Virus genome (UHGV): UHGV-1789692
Reading direction: 5' to 3' (one strand)
DNA length: 11,134 nucleotides
DNA from: a virus
Shown here: one piece after another, positions 1-7,529 of the stretch
Layout of the letters: each line of letters starts with the position of its first letter
Position numbering within the stretch: position 1 is the first letter of the stretch
The notes under the pieces: generated by a model
Seen by the model: the letters and a program-made list of their open reading frames with translations, nothing else
Databases searched by the model: none
What the model was told of the DNA's origin: nothing
Translations under genes and position numbers: made by a program

Positions 1-34
1 GTCTCGTGGGCTCGGAGATGTGTATAAGAGACAG
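1..34. other. Illumina Nextera transposase adapter (read-2 type, GTCTCGTGGGCTCGGAGATGTGTATAAGAGACAG); technical artefact, not biology
   Basis: Exact 34-nt match to the Nextera adapter including the 19-nt mosaic end AGATGTGTATAAGAGACAG; its reverse complement is at the other contig end. Confidence 0.95.
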
Positions 35-191
35 ATGTTGGATATTGTTCAGGGTCATTAATAATTTTACTTATAGTTGTTTTACCTGCACCATTAGCTC
101 CATATAAATAGTTAAATTTAGAAAGCCCATGTAAAAGCTGAGTAGGGCCATTATATGAGCCTACTTTGTCAATAACTACCTCTTCAATCAT
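35..191 (-). CDS. Partial CDS (N-terminal 52 codons; rest lost at contig edge): P-loop NTPase with Walker A motif, candidate defence-type ATPase
   Basis: ATG at 191 (minus strand) preceded by GAGGAT; translation MIEEVVIDKVGSYNGPTQLLHGLSKFNYLYGANGAGKTTISKIINDPEQYPT contains a canonical Walker A (GANGAGKTT). The gene is AT-rich relative to the neighbouring prophage genes and runs into the adapter. Confidence 0.6.
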
Positions 192-384
192 CCTCTAATC
201 CTCAAAAAACAGATTAATCCTATCAAATCAATGATAATAGAAGACATTACTTACCTAATTACAAGGTGATCATTTATACAGCTGTGAATAAATCAGGCTA
301 ATCATCTATTTGTCATAACGCGCGCTCGTATCCCCGCCACGCCTGCCCGCTTTATGTAGTGGTTTTCATGCACCTGCATGATCT

Positions 385-412
385 ACGCAAAAGCCCGCCA
401 GTTCTGGCGGGC
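385..412 (-). terminator. Rho-independent terminator ending the SOS operon transcript (minus strand)
   Basis: 8-bp perfect stem GCCCGCCA / TGGCGGGC (393-400 / 405-412) with a 4-nt loop; on the minus strand it is followed by TTTT (388-391). On the plus strand it is not followed by a T-run, so it reads as unidirectional. Confidence 0.65.
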
Positions 413-547
413 CTTAGCAAAAACGATCCTCAAACGATCATGCGATCTCATGCGGCATAGACATGCACTACAGAGCTAACGCCTCGCAAGGGCTCGTTGT
501 TCAACCTTGCTGACGCCAGAAGCAAGTTCAGACGCCAGCAACGTTTC

Positions 548-781
548 TTAATGCAGCCAGCTGTCGTCTTCCCACACCTTCTGCATAATTTTCATCACTT
601 GTTTTCTTTCTTCGTCCAGTTGCAGTCCGGTTAGTTCCACACCGTTAGAGCTACCTTTGCGAATGCGAATTACCGTTTTGGGATACAGGGGGCGCAGATT
701 GCGGTAAAGCTCGGATTCAAGGGCGTCCAGGGTAGACTGGCTAATCTTCTGCTCTTTATCGATCATTATTTCAATGCGCAT
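548..781 (-). CDS. dinI: DinI-like SOS damage-inducible protein (77 aa)
   Basis: ATG at 781 with GAGGTG 7 nt upstream. Protein MRIEIMIDKEQKISQSTLDALESELYRNL...KQVMKIMQKVWEDDSWLH aligns along its length with recalled E. coli DinI (MRIEVTIAK...AIDALAGELSRRI...KQRISEILQETWESADDWF). The 101-aa track ORF starting at 853 is an upstream extension. Confidence 0.8.
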   Translation of the reverse strand: MRIEIMIDKEQKISQSTLDALESELYRNLRPLYPKTVIRIRKGSSNGVELTGLQLDEERKQVMKIMQKVWEDDSWLH

Positions 782-791
782 AAAAGTCACC

Positions 792-980
792 TCAGCTGAT
801 GACATCCATTGAGCGGTTGTATTCGTGGGTTCTGATTTTTGCCATGAGTTCATCAGTCAATTCAGAAACCCACTGCAGAGCCAGCCCCTTCTCTTCATCA
901 CTACACTCACTAGCCGCTACAAGCTTAAGAAAAAAATCAATGCGCTGGAGCTTCAAAGACTCCAAAAAATAGTCCTGCAT
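792..980 (-). CDS. Small protein (62 aa), first gene of the LexA-controlled operon; possible Tum-like antirepressor by position only
   Basis: ATG at 980 preceded by a strong AGGAGG RBS at about 5 nt spacing; protein MQDYFLESLKLQRIDFFLKLVAASECSDEEKGLALQWVSELTDELMAKIRTHEYNRSMDVIS. The 96-aa track ORF starting at 1082 would put the LexA box and promoter inside the coding region, so the shorter start is preferred. Function is inferred from operon position, not sequence similarity. Confidence 0.5.
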   Translation of the reverse strand: MQDYFLESLKLQRIDFFLKLVAASECSDEEKGLALQWVSELTDELMAKIRTHEYNRSMDVIS

Positions 981-1021
981 CTTTCCTCCTATGACACCAC
1001 ACGCAATACTGTATGCATAAC

Positions 1022-1041
1022 CACTGTTTATATTTACAGTA
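1022..1041. promoter_or_regulatory. LexA (SOS) box
   Basis: CACTGTTTATATTTACAGTA: perfect CTGT-N8-ACAG with an AT-rich spacer (consensus TACTGTATATATATACAGTA), about 42 nt upstream of the operon ATG at 980 and overlapping the predicted -10. Confidence 0.8.
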
Positions 1042-1064
1042 TATAATAATCTTACTGATGTAAA
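1038..1064 (-). promoter_or_regulatory. Candidate sigma70 promoter of the SOS operon (-35 TTTACA, 15-nt spacer, -10 TATACT)
   Basis: Read on the minus strand: TTTACA (1064-1059), 15-nt spacer, TATACT (1043-1038); the -10 overlaps the LexA box, the classic arrangement for SOS-repressed promoters. Confidence 0.5.
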
Positions 1065-1133
1065 ACGTTTTTTTACGTTCATCAGCCTGATATGCCTGGT
1101 ATTATTAAGAGCACGAATTGTTAACCCGCGTAA

Positions 1134-3548
1134 TTAATACAGGTTCCGCCACTGATCATCTTCCTGCAAACGCTGGTTCCGATAGAAGATACGCAGGCCT
1201 GCTCCTGACGGAATACTGCCTCCGCGAAGGAGTAAATCGACCTCTTTCTCGCTGCCATCAAATCCTCTGGACTTCAGCTCATACACGAGCTGCAGTCGCT
1301 GATGGTCTGTAATTCGCTGTTTGTAGTCTTTACGCCGTTTCGGTTTCACCAGGCGTAACCTTGCTGCCAGTTCCCGGCGCTCTTTTTTGCTCATACTGTG
1401 CAGGTAATCGTGCAACTCCTTGTCATCCATGCTGGTAATGTCCGTTCTGGGGTCCCCATCAGCTGATTTATCTTTCTCCTGTTGGTTCAAATTTTCAGCA
1501 AGGGGACAGTTATTGCCACGAGTCCAAGGGGCGCAAGCGCCCTGGTCGGCTGCCGCCTCCTGAACGTCAACGGCCTTACGAACCATTTTCCACTTCACGG
1601 CATGAGTGCAGATTTTGCCCTCTGCAATGGGTGACCAGATGCCATAAATACGAATGCCGTGATCGCCATAGGCGGTCGGCTCTTCGTTGATTTCATAAGC
1701 GGTTCTGATGAGGTGATATTTGCGGGGGACCAGTACGCCGCCCTGCTTCATGATGTAGGTGGCAAAACAACCAGCATCAGCTGCAGCCAGAATGGCATCA
1801 AGGCGCGGGTTATCCAGTACCGGCGCACCTGCTTTTTTGTCACCCTGTTGCCTTGCCGCCTGACCAGCCAGCAATCGCAGTTCACGGTAAGCCTGACGCC
1901 CCGGAATGCCAAAGAAGCGGAATTGCTGAACACGATGCAGAGACGCCCAGGCATTAACGTATTCAGCGTTATCACGCAGAGATTTACCCGTTTCCTTGCT
2001 GATCTCGCCAGCCAGACCACGCCCGTCAATGTTCTTACTGATGTATTTCGCGATGTAGCTAGTCGGCGTTCCTTTGCGCGGGTTTATCAGCTCAGACTTA
2101 AAGCGTGGCCCCGTGTTATTACCCAGCTCCTCGCGGTCTTCACGAATGGCAAACTTACGCAACAAAGCAGTAATGGTGCGGCGATCTTTTTTGCGCATAA
2201 AACACAACAGGTGCCAGTGAACTGTACCGTCATGATGCGGCTCAGCCACCCGCACGCCATACCAGCGCAATCCGGCTTTGTGCATCGCCTTACGAAATGC
2301 AGCAAACATGCCGACCAGATAATCACTGCTTTGTCTTACCGTCGTATTTGTCCAGGTCGGGTTGGGCCTGCCGTTATTTAGCGTGGAATGGAAACGTGAC
2401 GGACAGGTGATGGTGTAGAAAACGGCGCAGTCACCGCGCATTTCCGCGATAAGCTCCAGACCTTTAACACAGGCCATCATCTCATTGCGGCGATGCGCAG
2501 GGTTGCTGCAGCTGGCGTTTACCACATCCTCCATGTCCAGCGTGTCGCCGTCTTCGTTCACCAGTTCATGAGAACGGAAAAACTCCAGCGACTTACGGCG
2601 CTGCTCACGTTTATGCATCACGGCTTCATAGCTGACATAGGGAGATGCTTTTTTGCTGACCAGGCAAACAGCACGCAACTGCTCTTCCCGCCATTCGCAA
2701 CGCATCTTCCATAATTTCCGGTACCACCAATCGGCGCACAACATACGCGCCAGCGAACCCGGAATGAGTTCATAGGGCACGGGTTTACGGCGGTTTCTTT
2801 TCCGGCGGAGTTGCTCAAACGCAGGCGGTATGACATCCAGTCGCAGGGTTTCTGCTGCCACCTTTTCCCATGTCTTGCGGATTTCTTCTGGCTTAACGTC
2901 ATCGGTGGCATACAAATCGCCACAAGCTGCATCAAGGCACATGCTCATATGCGCAGCAACAAGGGTGGACAGGCGTTTCACCTGATCCTGACTCATTTCA
3001 GGCAGAATCAGCAGGCCGTCCAGCCCTTCATGGCTTGCCATAAAGCGAAAAGAAGTGGATAGCTGACTGTCGCGTACATGCTCCAGCCGTTCCAGACATG
3101 GCTTAATCGTCTCACGCAAATAGCGGGAATAAGCCTTTGGCCTGCCAAGGCTGCTGAAGTATTCAATACGTTGCATCAGCGGCCTGCTGATATGGGAAGG
3201 CTGGGCGTTAACGTCTGCCAGAATGACCATGTCCGGGTTAAAACGCTGCTGCTCATGCGCCAACTTTGCCCGGCTAATGAGCTTATCCTGCTCCATTTCG
3301 CGCTGGACAGGATCACGGGATTCATTAAAGAAATAACGCTCCCAAACCTGATCACTCAGTGCCTCGCGGCGCAGTTGTTCCTGCTCGTTATCGGCAGCGT
3401 ACAGAGTGATCAGGTTTGAAAGCGCAGAAACCGGCGCAACTTCCGCCGGGTCCAGATAAGGGTTAATAGCCTTTTTCGGGCTGTTCCATGAGAATGCTGC
3501 GGCGGCCTCGTTAAAGCCGCTGCAGTTGTTCATATCAGCATGGCTCAT
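1134..3548 (-). CDS. Rolling-circle replication initiator of the phage P2 gpA family (804 aa)
   Basis: Large ORF with ATG at 3548; contains an HUH motif ([10 protein letters not shown]) followed by a paired-tyrosine active-site motif ([13 protein letters not shown]-x-x-K-Y as in phiX174/P2 A proteins). Sits downstream of the immunity and early genes as in P2/186. Its start overlaps the Dam stop (ATGA). Confidence 0.85.
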   Translation of the reverse strand: MSHADMNNCSGFNEAAAAFSWNSPKKAINPYLDPAEVAPVSALSNLITLYAADNEQEQLRREALSDQVWERYFFNESRDPVQREMEQDKLISRAKLAHEQQRFNPDMVILADVNAQPSHISRPLMQRIEYFSSLGRPKAYSRYLRETIKPCLERLEHVRDSQLSTSFRFMASHEGLDGLLILPEMSQDQVKRLSTLVAAHMSMCLDAACGDLYATDDVKPEEIRKTWEKVAAETLRLDVIPPAFEQLRRKRNRRKPVPYELIPGSLARMLCADWWYRKLWKMRCEWREEQLRAVCLVSKKASPYVSYEAVMHKREQRRKSLEFFRSHELVNEDGDTLDMEDVVNASCSNPAHRRNEMMACVKGLELIAEMRGDCAVFYTITCPSRFHSTLNNGRPNPTWTNTTVRQSSDYLVGMFAAFRKAMHKAGLRWYGVRVAEPHHDGTVHWHLLCFMRKKDRRTITALLRKFAIREDREELGNNTGPRFKSELINPRKGTPTSYIAKYISKNIDGRGLAGEISKETGKSLRDNAEYVNAWASLHRVQQFRFFGIPGRQAYRELRLLAGQAARQQGDKKAGAPVLDNPRLDAILAAADAGCFATYIMKQGGVLVPRKYHLIRTAYEINEEPTAYGDHGIRIYGIWSPIAEGKICTHAVKWKMVRKAVDVQEAAADQGACAPWTRGNNCPLAENLNQQEKDKSADGDPRTDITSMDDKELHDYLHSMSKKERRELAARLRLVKPKRRKDYKQRITDHQRLQLVYELKSRGFDGSEKEVDLLLRGGSIPSGAGLRIFYRNQRLQEDDQWRNLY

Positions 3549-4402
3549 GCACGCACTCCGTACACGGCAGAACTATCCACGCCACGCGAAGGATCAAATC
3601 CCACCCAGCAGCGCGCCCCAGAAACAGCGATGATTTCTGTTGCAGATTTACTCTCGCCAGCCGACACGCCGATGCTGCGTTTTGCCTTGATGTAGTGGTG
3701 AGTGAAATTTCGATACAGCGAACGGATCAGGGATGTGTCACTGTTAGAAACAATGACTGGATGACCTTCTGATGATCGATATTCAAGAACAGATGCCAGG
3801 TGATACTGGTCATCTTCAGTGAAGCCGTCAGTGTGATAGCCGGAAAACGTACCGTCATAAGGCGGATCGCAATACACCACATCCCCCACCTGCAGCATCG
3901 CCAGCGTTTCATCAAAGCTGGCGCAGATAAACGTTGCTCGCTGGGCTTTCTCTGCAAATGCGCGAATTTCTTTTTCAGGGAAATACGGATTTTTATAATT
4001 ACCGTATGGAATGTTGAAATGCCCGCTCTTGTTATAACGACATAACCCACGGTAACCATGACGATTGAGATACAGGAAATATACCGCTTTCATGAAATCA
4101 GTAATTTCAGTGGAGTAATTAAACTCCTGCCTTATGTTGTAATAAGCCAACTCCCTGTTTGCTTCCTCAAATAAAGCTCTGGCACGAGATATAAACGCCT
4201 CGCAATCAGCAGCAACCTTTTTATAGAGGTTGATTAAATCAGGATTAATATCCGCAACAAGATAGCTGGGGTAATCCGTCTCCATCATCACAGCACAGGA
4301 ACCCGCGAAAGGTTCAACCAGTCGCGGGCCAGCAGGAAGATGTTTTTTCAGTTCGGACATAATGGCAGTTTTATTACCCGCCCATTTCAGGATGGTACTC
4401 AT
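3545..4402 (-). CDS. dam: Dam-like N6-adenine DNA methyltransferase (probably GATC-specific), 285 aa
   Basis: ATG at 4402 preceded by GGAGGTG; N-terminus [23 protein letters not shown]...[11 protein letters not shown]...[13 protein letters not shown] matches the Dam signature (KWAGGK, VEPF.G.G, ADIN.DLI); catalytic DPPY is present (VYCDPPYDG), as is [15 protein letters not shown] (Dam: LYLNRYGYNGLCRYN). The 309-aa track ORF is an upstream extension. Confidence 0.9.
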
Positions 4403-4701
4403 ACAGCACCTCCTGCAATAACATATCCTAAAGCTTCTAATGGGGTTAATGGGCGAATTGATAGCATCACCCATTGTTCTGAAACTGCCATGACGTCATT
4501 AACCGGAAGCACATGAGAGATAACAGCGGCCCATTCCCTACCCGTAAATACGCCATGCTTCCATTCGCAAAGAGAAAGAACATCACCAACTTTATAGCCA
4601 CGATCGTCTTTACGAAGTTCAGCCGTCTTTTGACCTGCAACCACAGCGTTGAAATACTTAGGTGCAATTTTTAATTGATGGATACGCACTGCCCTTGTCA
4701 T
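4399..4701 (-). CDS. DUF3850 / ASCH-like (PUA-fold) protein, 100 aa
   Basis: ATG at 4701 preceded by GGAGGTG; N-terminal [33 protein letters not shown] resembles the DUF3850 pattern (H.LK..P.YF.AV..G.KT.E.R..DR....GD). Stop overlaps the Dam start (ATGA). Confidence 0.55.
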
Positions 4702-4925
4702 ACAGCACCTCCGTTGTAATGTTTGCCTTTCAGCTCTGCGATTTCCTGGCAGGTAATGCAAAGCTGCACTCCCGGAATGGCGCGGCGTCGTGCTGGCGGA
4801 ATTGGCGCTTCACATTCAATACAAAGCACGCGAGACACGCCCGGTGTTTTGGCACGGGCAGCACGAATATGGCGCTGGCGTTCTTCTTCAACGCGCTGCT
4901 GTACGAGATCCATTGCATCAGCCAT
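4698..4925 (-). CDS. TraR/DksA-family C4 zinc-finger protein (75 aa)
   Basis: ATG at 4925 with AGGAG upstream; [26 protein letters not shown]...KHY is the CxxC-x17-CxxC DksA/TraR finger, very similar to prophage TraR proteins (...CEACGNPIPEARRKIFPGVTLCVECQ...KHYA). Stop overlaps the next gene's start (ATGA). Confidence 0.85.
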
Positions 4926-5158
4926 TAGTGGATCTCCTGCGCTTCGTTCTGGATTGCTTCAGCAGTTACACGCAGCAGTTCTGCCGCTTCGACGTGGTTT
5001 AGCTGGCGGGATGTGATATGACACGCCAGGCTATCAAGGCGAGCTGCCATTGCTTCAGCCCTTGCCCGACGTTCTTCCAGACGAGCCTCTGTCAGTAAAA
5101 TATTAAGCCCTGCGTCATCCGGTCCGGTTTTAGTCGTGAGGATTTCAATATTACGCAT
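4925..5158 (-). CDS. Hypothetical small phage protein (77 aa), possibly DUF2732-like
   Basis: ATG at 5158 with AGGAG 8 nt upstream (the track ORF begins two codons earlier at a TTG). Alanine/arginine-rich helical-looking protein; stop overlaps the TraR start (TAATG). Confidence 0.5.
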   Translation of the reverse strand: MRNIEILTTKTGPDDAGLNILLTEARLEERRARAEAMAARLDSLACHITSRQLNHVEAAELLRVTAEAIQNEAQEIH

Positions 5159-5225
5159 AATCAATTCTCCTGAATTTAGATAAAGGGATGCCCGGCGGGT
5201 TTACGCCATTAATTTCATTAGTTGG

Positions 5226-5567
5226 TTAATTCGGCATGGTTAGCCGTCTGGGAAATAAGCTCACCACTGCACGAAAATGATTCATTGCTTTAATCAGCTC
5301 CCGCTTTTCGTCAGTGGTCAGCTCATTAATGCTGATGCTATGACGTTCAGCTGGAATTTTTGCCATAAAGAATATGGCAGCCAGTGCCCGTTTATTTTGT
5401 TCATTATTGATATCCCGTGGATCACGCATATCTTTAATAAACCGCTCAAGCTCTGACTCAATATTCAGGCCAAATACTTTCGCCCTTAACTCCGCAATGT
5501 GATTAAGTCCATTCAGGCGTTCACCGGGGCTTAATGGAACAGTCGCCGCAGCGCCATTAATTGCCAT
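5226..5567 (-). CDS. Hypothetical early-region protein (113 aa)
   Basis: ATG at 5567 with GGGGA upstream; protein-like composition; occupies the fil/dhr-equivalent position of 186-like early operons. No family recognised. Confidence 0.5.
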   Translation of the reverse strand: MAINGAAATVPLSPGERLNGLNHIAELRAKVFGLNIESELERFIKDMRDPRDINNEQNKRALAAIFFMAKIPAERHSISINELTTDEKRELIKAMNHFRAVVSLFPRRLTMPN

Positions 5568-5589
5568 AATTCATATCCCCAAAACGCAA

Positions 5590-5814
5590 CTATCGTTCTT
5601 TGTTCTTACGGTAACGTTCAAGAGGAGATACATTTTTTCGTATCGCCTCTTTAACCTGCTCTCCCCGTAAAAACGTCCCATCCCTTAGCGTGAAAAAGTA
5701 ACTGCCATCGCCCGACAACGACGGATAACAACAGAGCAAATCATCTTCAGGTACTGAATAACTCTCCCCTCTGTAACGAAACTGATAAACCACTTCACTT
5801 TCCGCTGCATACAT
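5590..5814 (-). CDS. Hypothetical protein (74 aa)
   Basis: ATG at 5814 preceded by GGAGAAAGTCAAA; protein MYAAESEVVYQFRYRGESYSVPEDDLL... has ordinary composition. An in-frame TGA lies at 5845-5847 upstream. Its first 130 nt overlap the 3' part of ORF 5685..5981 in another frame. Confidence 0.5.
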   Translation of the reverse strand: MYAAESEVVYQFRYRGESYSVPEDDLLCCYPSLSGDGSYFFTLRDGTFLRGEQVKEAIRKNVSPLERYRKNKER

Positions 5815-5981
5815 TTTGACTTTCTCCGTTTCCTCGTGGTCAATTCAGACAGCAATTCATATTGTGAATGACATGGATGCCAGCGTTTACCATCCTCACC
5901 CATGATCCAGCCGTGACCGTAGTGCATTGCCGGGCTTTGTTTTACCAGCAGCGATGCAAATGATGGTTCTTTCGTCAGCAT
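5685..5981 (-). CDS. Hypothetical protein (98 aa as drawn); the 3' ~130 nt may be out-of-frame read-through
   Basis: ATG at 5981 with GAGGTG upstream, placed right after the CII-like stop. The N-terminal ~50 aa look protein-like (MLTKEPSFASLLVKQSPAMHYGHGWIMGEDGKRWHPCHSQYELL...); the C-terminal part is R/K/C-rich and overlaps the 74-aa gene. Confidence 0.35.
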   Translation of the reverse strand: MLTKEPSFASLLVKQSPAMHYGHGWIMGEDGKRWHPCHSQYELLSELTTRKRRKSKCMQRKVKWFISFVTEGRVIQYLKMICSVVIRRCRAMAVTFSR

Positions 5982-5988
5982 AAGCACC

Positions 5989-6498
5989 TCACAGCAAACC
6001 GAATGAAGCACCGAGGCCAGTCACGGTATCAACTGCACTCACCATCGCAGGATTAGCCTGTAAACGGGCCTGCAATGAAACAGCCGCCAGCGCCATCAGT
6101 CGTGTTACAGAGTTAATGCTGCTGATAGCATCACGACGACCGGCACTAGTTTTTACATCACCAGATACCGCACCTGCTGCAACACGCCCGATCTCTGCAG
6201 TTGCGCTCATGACGTAATGCGGCAGTTTCTCTTTTGCCACCTCATTAATCGGTACACATGGCAGACAATGAATCTGTGCCAGAAAACCATCTACCAGCGT
6301 TGAATCTTCAGTCAGATCGGTAAGCAGCCAGATTTCTGGTGCGGTTAATAAATGAGGCTGAGCTGGGTTCAGCTTGTTCCGCAGAATCTGCACATTCATG
6401 TCTGCACGTTCTGCCAGTTGCACCAGGTTGTGACGCAGTGCAAAAGCCCTACAGGCTTCATCGAAATGCGGATGTTTGGAAATCTTGTAATCAAACAT
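5989..6498 (-). CDS. cII: Phage 186 CII-like regulatory protein (169 aa)
   Basis: ATG at 6498 with AGGGGG 6 nt upstream; second gene after the Apl/Cox-like gene in the lytic operon; the length matches 186 CII as recalled; N-terminal region is HTH-like. Assignment by position, size and recalled family, not by alignment. Confidence 0.55.
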   Translation of the reverse strand: MFDYKISKHPHFDEACRAFALRHNLVQLAERADMNVQILRNKLNPAQPHLLTAPEIWLLTDLTEDSTLVDGFLAQIHCLPCVPINEVAKEKLPHYVMSATAEIGRVAAGAVSGDVKTSAGRRDAISSINSVTRLMALAAVSLQARLQANPAMVSAVDTVTGLGASFGLL

Positions 6499-6530
6499 GG
6501 TGCCCCCTTAGAAAGTTCCCATAATTGAAC

Positions 6531-6773
6531 TTACTTACCAACAATGACGCGGAAGTTGGAATGACCGAGGGATTCACGGACCTGATCAGTTTTGTACATC
6601 AGATAACGAAGGCTTACGCGGCCTTTATTTTTTTCTTTCTTGACCATGTACTTAGCAAGTTGACCATGGTGAATTTTTTGGTAAACAGAGCCACGGGAAA
6701 TGCCCTCCCACTCTGCGAACTCTGCAGGCGTAGCCATCTCTTTTGGTACACGAATTGAAATATCAGTACTCAT
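6531..6773 (-). CDS. Apl/Cox-like small HTH excisionase and transcriptional regulator (80 aa)
   Basis: First gene of the leftward lytic operon, divergent from the CI-like gene; small basic protein with an HTH-like segment (ATPAEFAEWEGISRGSVYQKIHHGQLAK). The RBS before the 6773 ATG is weak, so the start is uncertain. Confidence 0.55.
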   Translation of the reverse strand: MSTDISIRVPKEMATPAEFAEWEGISRGSVYQKIHHGQLAKYMVKKEKNKGRVSLRYLMYKTDQVRESLGHSNFRVIVGK

Positions 6774-6852
6774 AGTGCAGTATCTCTTACTTTGTGTGCG
6801 TGTTAGTTCGTTTTAGCTCGTCTCTTTAACTCTCACATCAAGAGACACGAAG

Positions 6853-6881
6853 ACATTACGATCTTGATTCAAGATTGTCAA
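6853..6881 (-). promoter_or_regulatory. Candidate lytic (pR-like) promoter: -35 TTGACA, 17-nt spacer, -10 TAATGT, reading toward the Apl/Cox-like gene
   Basis: On the minus strand: TTGACA (6881-6876), a 17-nt spacer, TAATGT (6858-6853). The spacer contains the operator palindrome listed next. Confidence 0.5.
6861..6875. promoter_or_regulatory. Candidate operator: perfect 15-bp palindrome ATCTTGATTCAAGAT
   Basis: Perfect inverted repeat ATCTTGA-T-TCAAGAT lying exactly in the spacer of the candidate lytic promoter. A second inverted repeat GTCTCTT ... AAGAGAC (6809-6815 / 6840-6846) is nearby. Confidence 0.5.
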
Positions 6882-6894
6882 ATGGAGATTACCA

Positions 6895-7527
6895 ATGTTA
6901 AACATCAGAATGGGTTCCGATACGGGAGGTAAGGCAGCTATTGAGAGGCTGCTTGAGGCTTATGGATTCACAACTAAGCAGGCATTAAGCGAGCACCTGA
7001 ATGTCTCAAAAAGTACTATGGCAAACAGAGTGTTACGTGACAGTTTTCCTGCTGACTGGATAATTCAGTGTGCACTAGAAACCGGTGTTTCGTTACTTTG
7101 GTTAGCCACTGGACAGGGAAGCATGAAAGAAGGATACGAGCCTGAGAAAAGATCTCATAACGAGAACAAACAAGCAATTAAACCGTTATCCAAACTCATA
7201 ACTCCATCTATTCCTAAAGGAACCTTGGAAAATGGACAACTCAGTATTGATGAAGAGATTTTCCTAGACCACAGCATATTACCTGCAGATTATGAAGAAT
7301 CGATGTTCTTAGAAACCCCTACTGATTGTTATCTCATCGATAAATCAGTTAAACAAGTCAGCAATGGATTCTGGCTTATCAATATTGATGGAATGATTAT
7401 TATTGCAAAAATCATGCGGATTCCCGGCAATAAGATTGTAGTAAATCAAGATGAAGCGTCTTTCGAGTGCTCTGCTGATGATGTGGAAGTTATTGGGCGT
7501 GCAGTCAAAGTAATAAAGAGTATCTAA
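6895..7527 (+). CDS. cI: CI-like immunity repressor, phage 186 type (210 aa)
   Basis: ATG at 6895 with GGAGA 7 nt upstream; N-terminal HTH (TTKQALSEHLNVSKSTMANRV) followed by the phage-repressor phrase LLWLATGQG; lies immediately upstream of and co-oriented with int, divergent from the Apl/CII operon, as in 186. Confidence 0.7.
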   Translation: MLNIRMGSDTGGKAAIERLLEAYGFTTKQALSEHLNVSKSTMANRVLRDSFPADWIIQCALETGVSLLWLATGQGSMKEGYEPEKRSHNENKQAIKPLSKLITPSIPKGTLENGQLSIDEEIFLDHSILPADYEESMFLETPTDCYLIDKSVKQVSNGFWLINIDGMIIIAKIMRIPGNKIVVNQDEASFECSADDVEVIGRAVKVIKSI

Positions 7528-7529
7528 AC

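Noticed and set aside
512-538. Direct repeat GACGCCAG (512-519 and 531-538) in the 3' UTR of the DinI-like gene
   Set aside because: Two 8-nt copies 19 bp apart could arise by chance; no associated ORF or hairpin.
548-853. Extended 101-aa version of the DinI-like ORF starting at 853
   Set aside because: DinI homology begins at the internal MRIEI at 781, which has its own GAGGTG RBS; the extension overlaps the upstream gene.
792-1082. Extended 96-aa version of the first SOS-operon ORF starting at 1082
   Set aside because: That start would put the LexA box and the predicted promoter inside the coding sequence; the internal ATG at 980 has a strong AGGAGG RBS.
1659-3419. Plus-strand track ORFs inside the gpA gene (e.g. 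1659..2381 of 240 aa, 3078..3419 of 113 aa, 2811..3062, 2493..2714)
   Set aside because: They lie antisense within a long, well-supported coding region, lack convincing RBSs and have skewed composition (R/C/L-rich); treated as shadow ORFs.
4467-5016. Alternative-frame ORFs overlapping the DUF3850 and TraR genes (e.g. 4467..4667, 4662..4928, 4723..5016, 4730..4918, 4790..5002)
   Set aside because: They overlap better-supported genes that have RBSs and recognisable motifs; no independent support.
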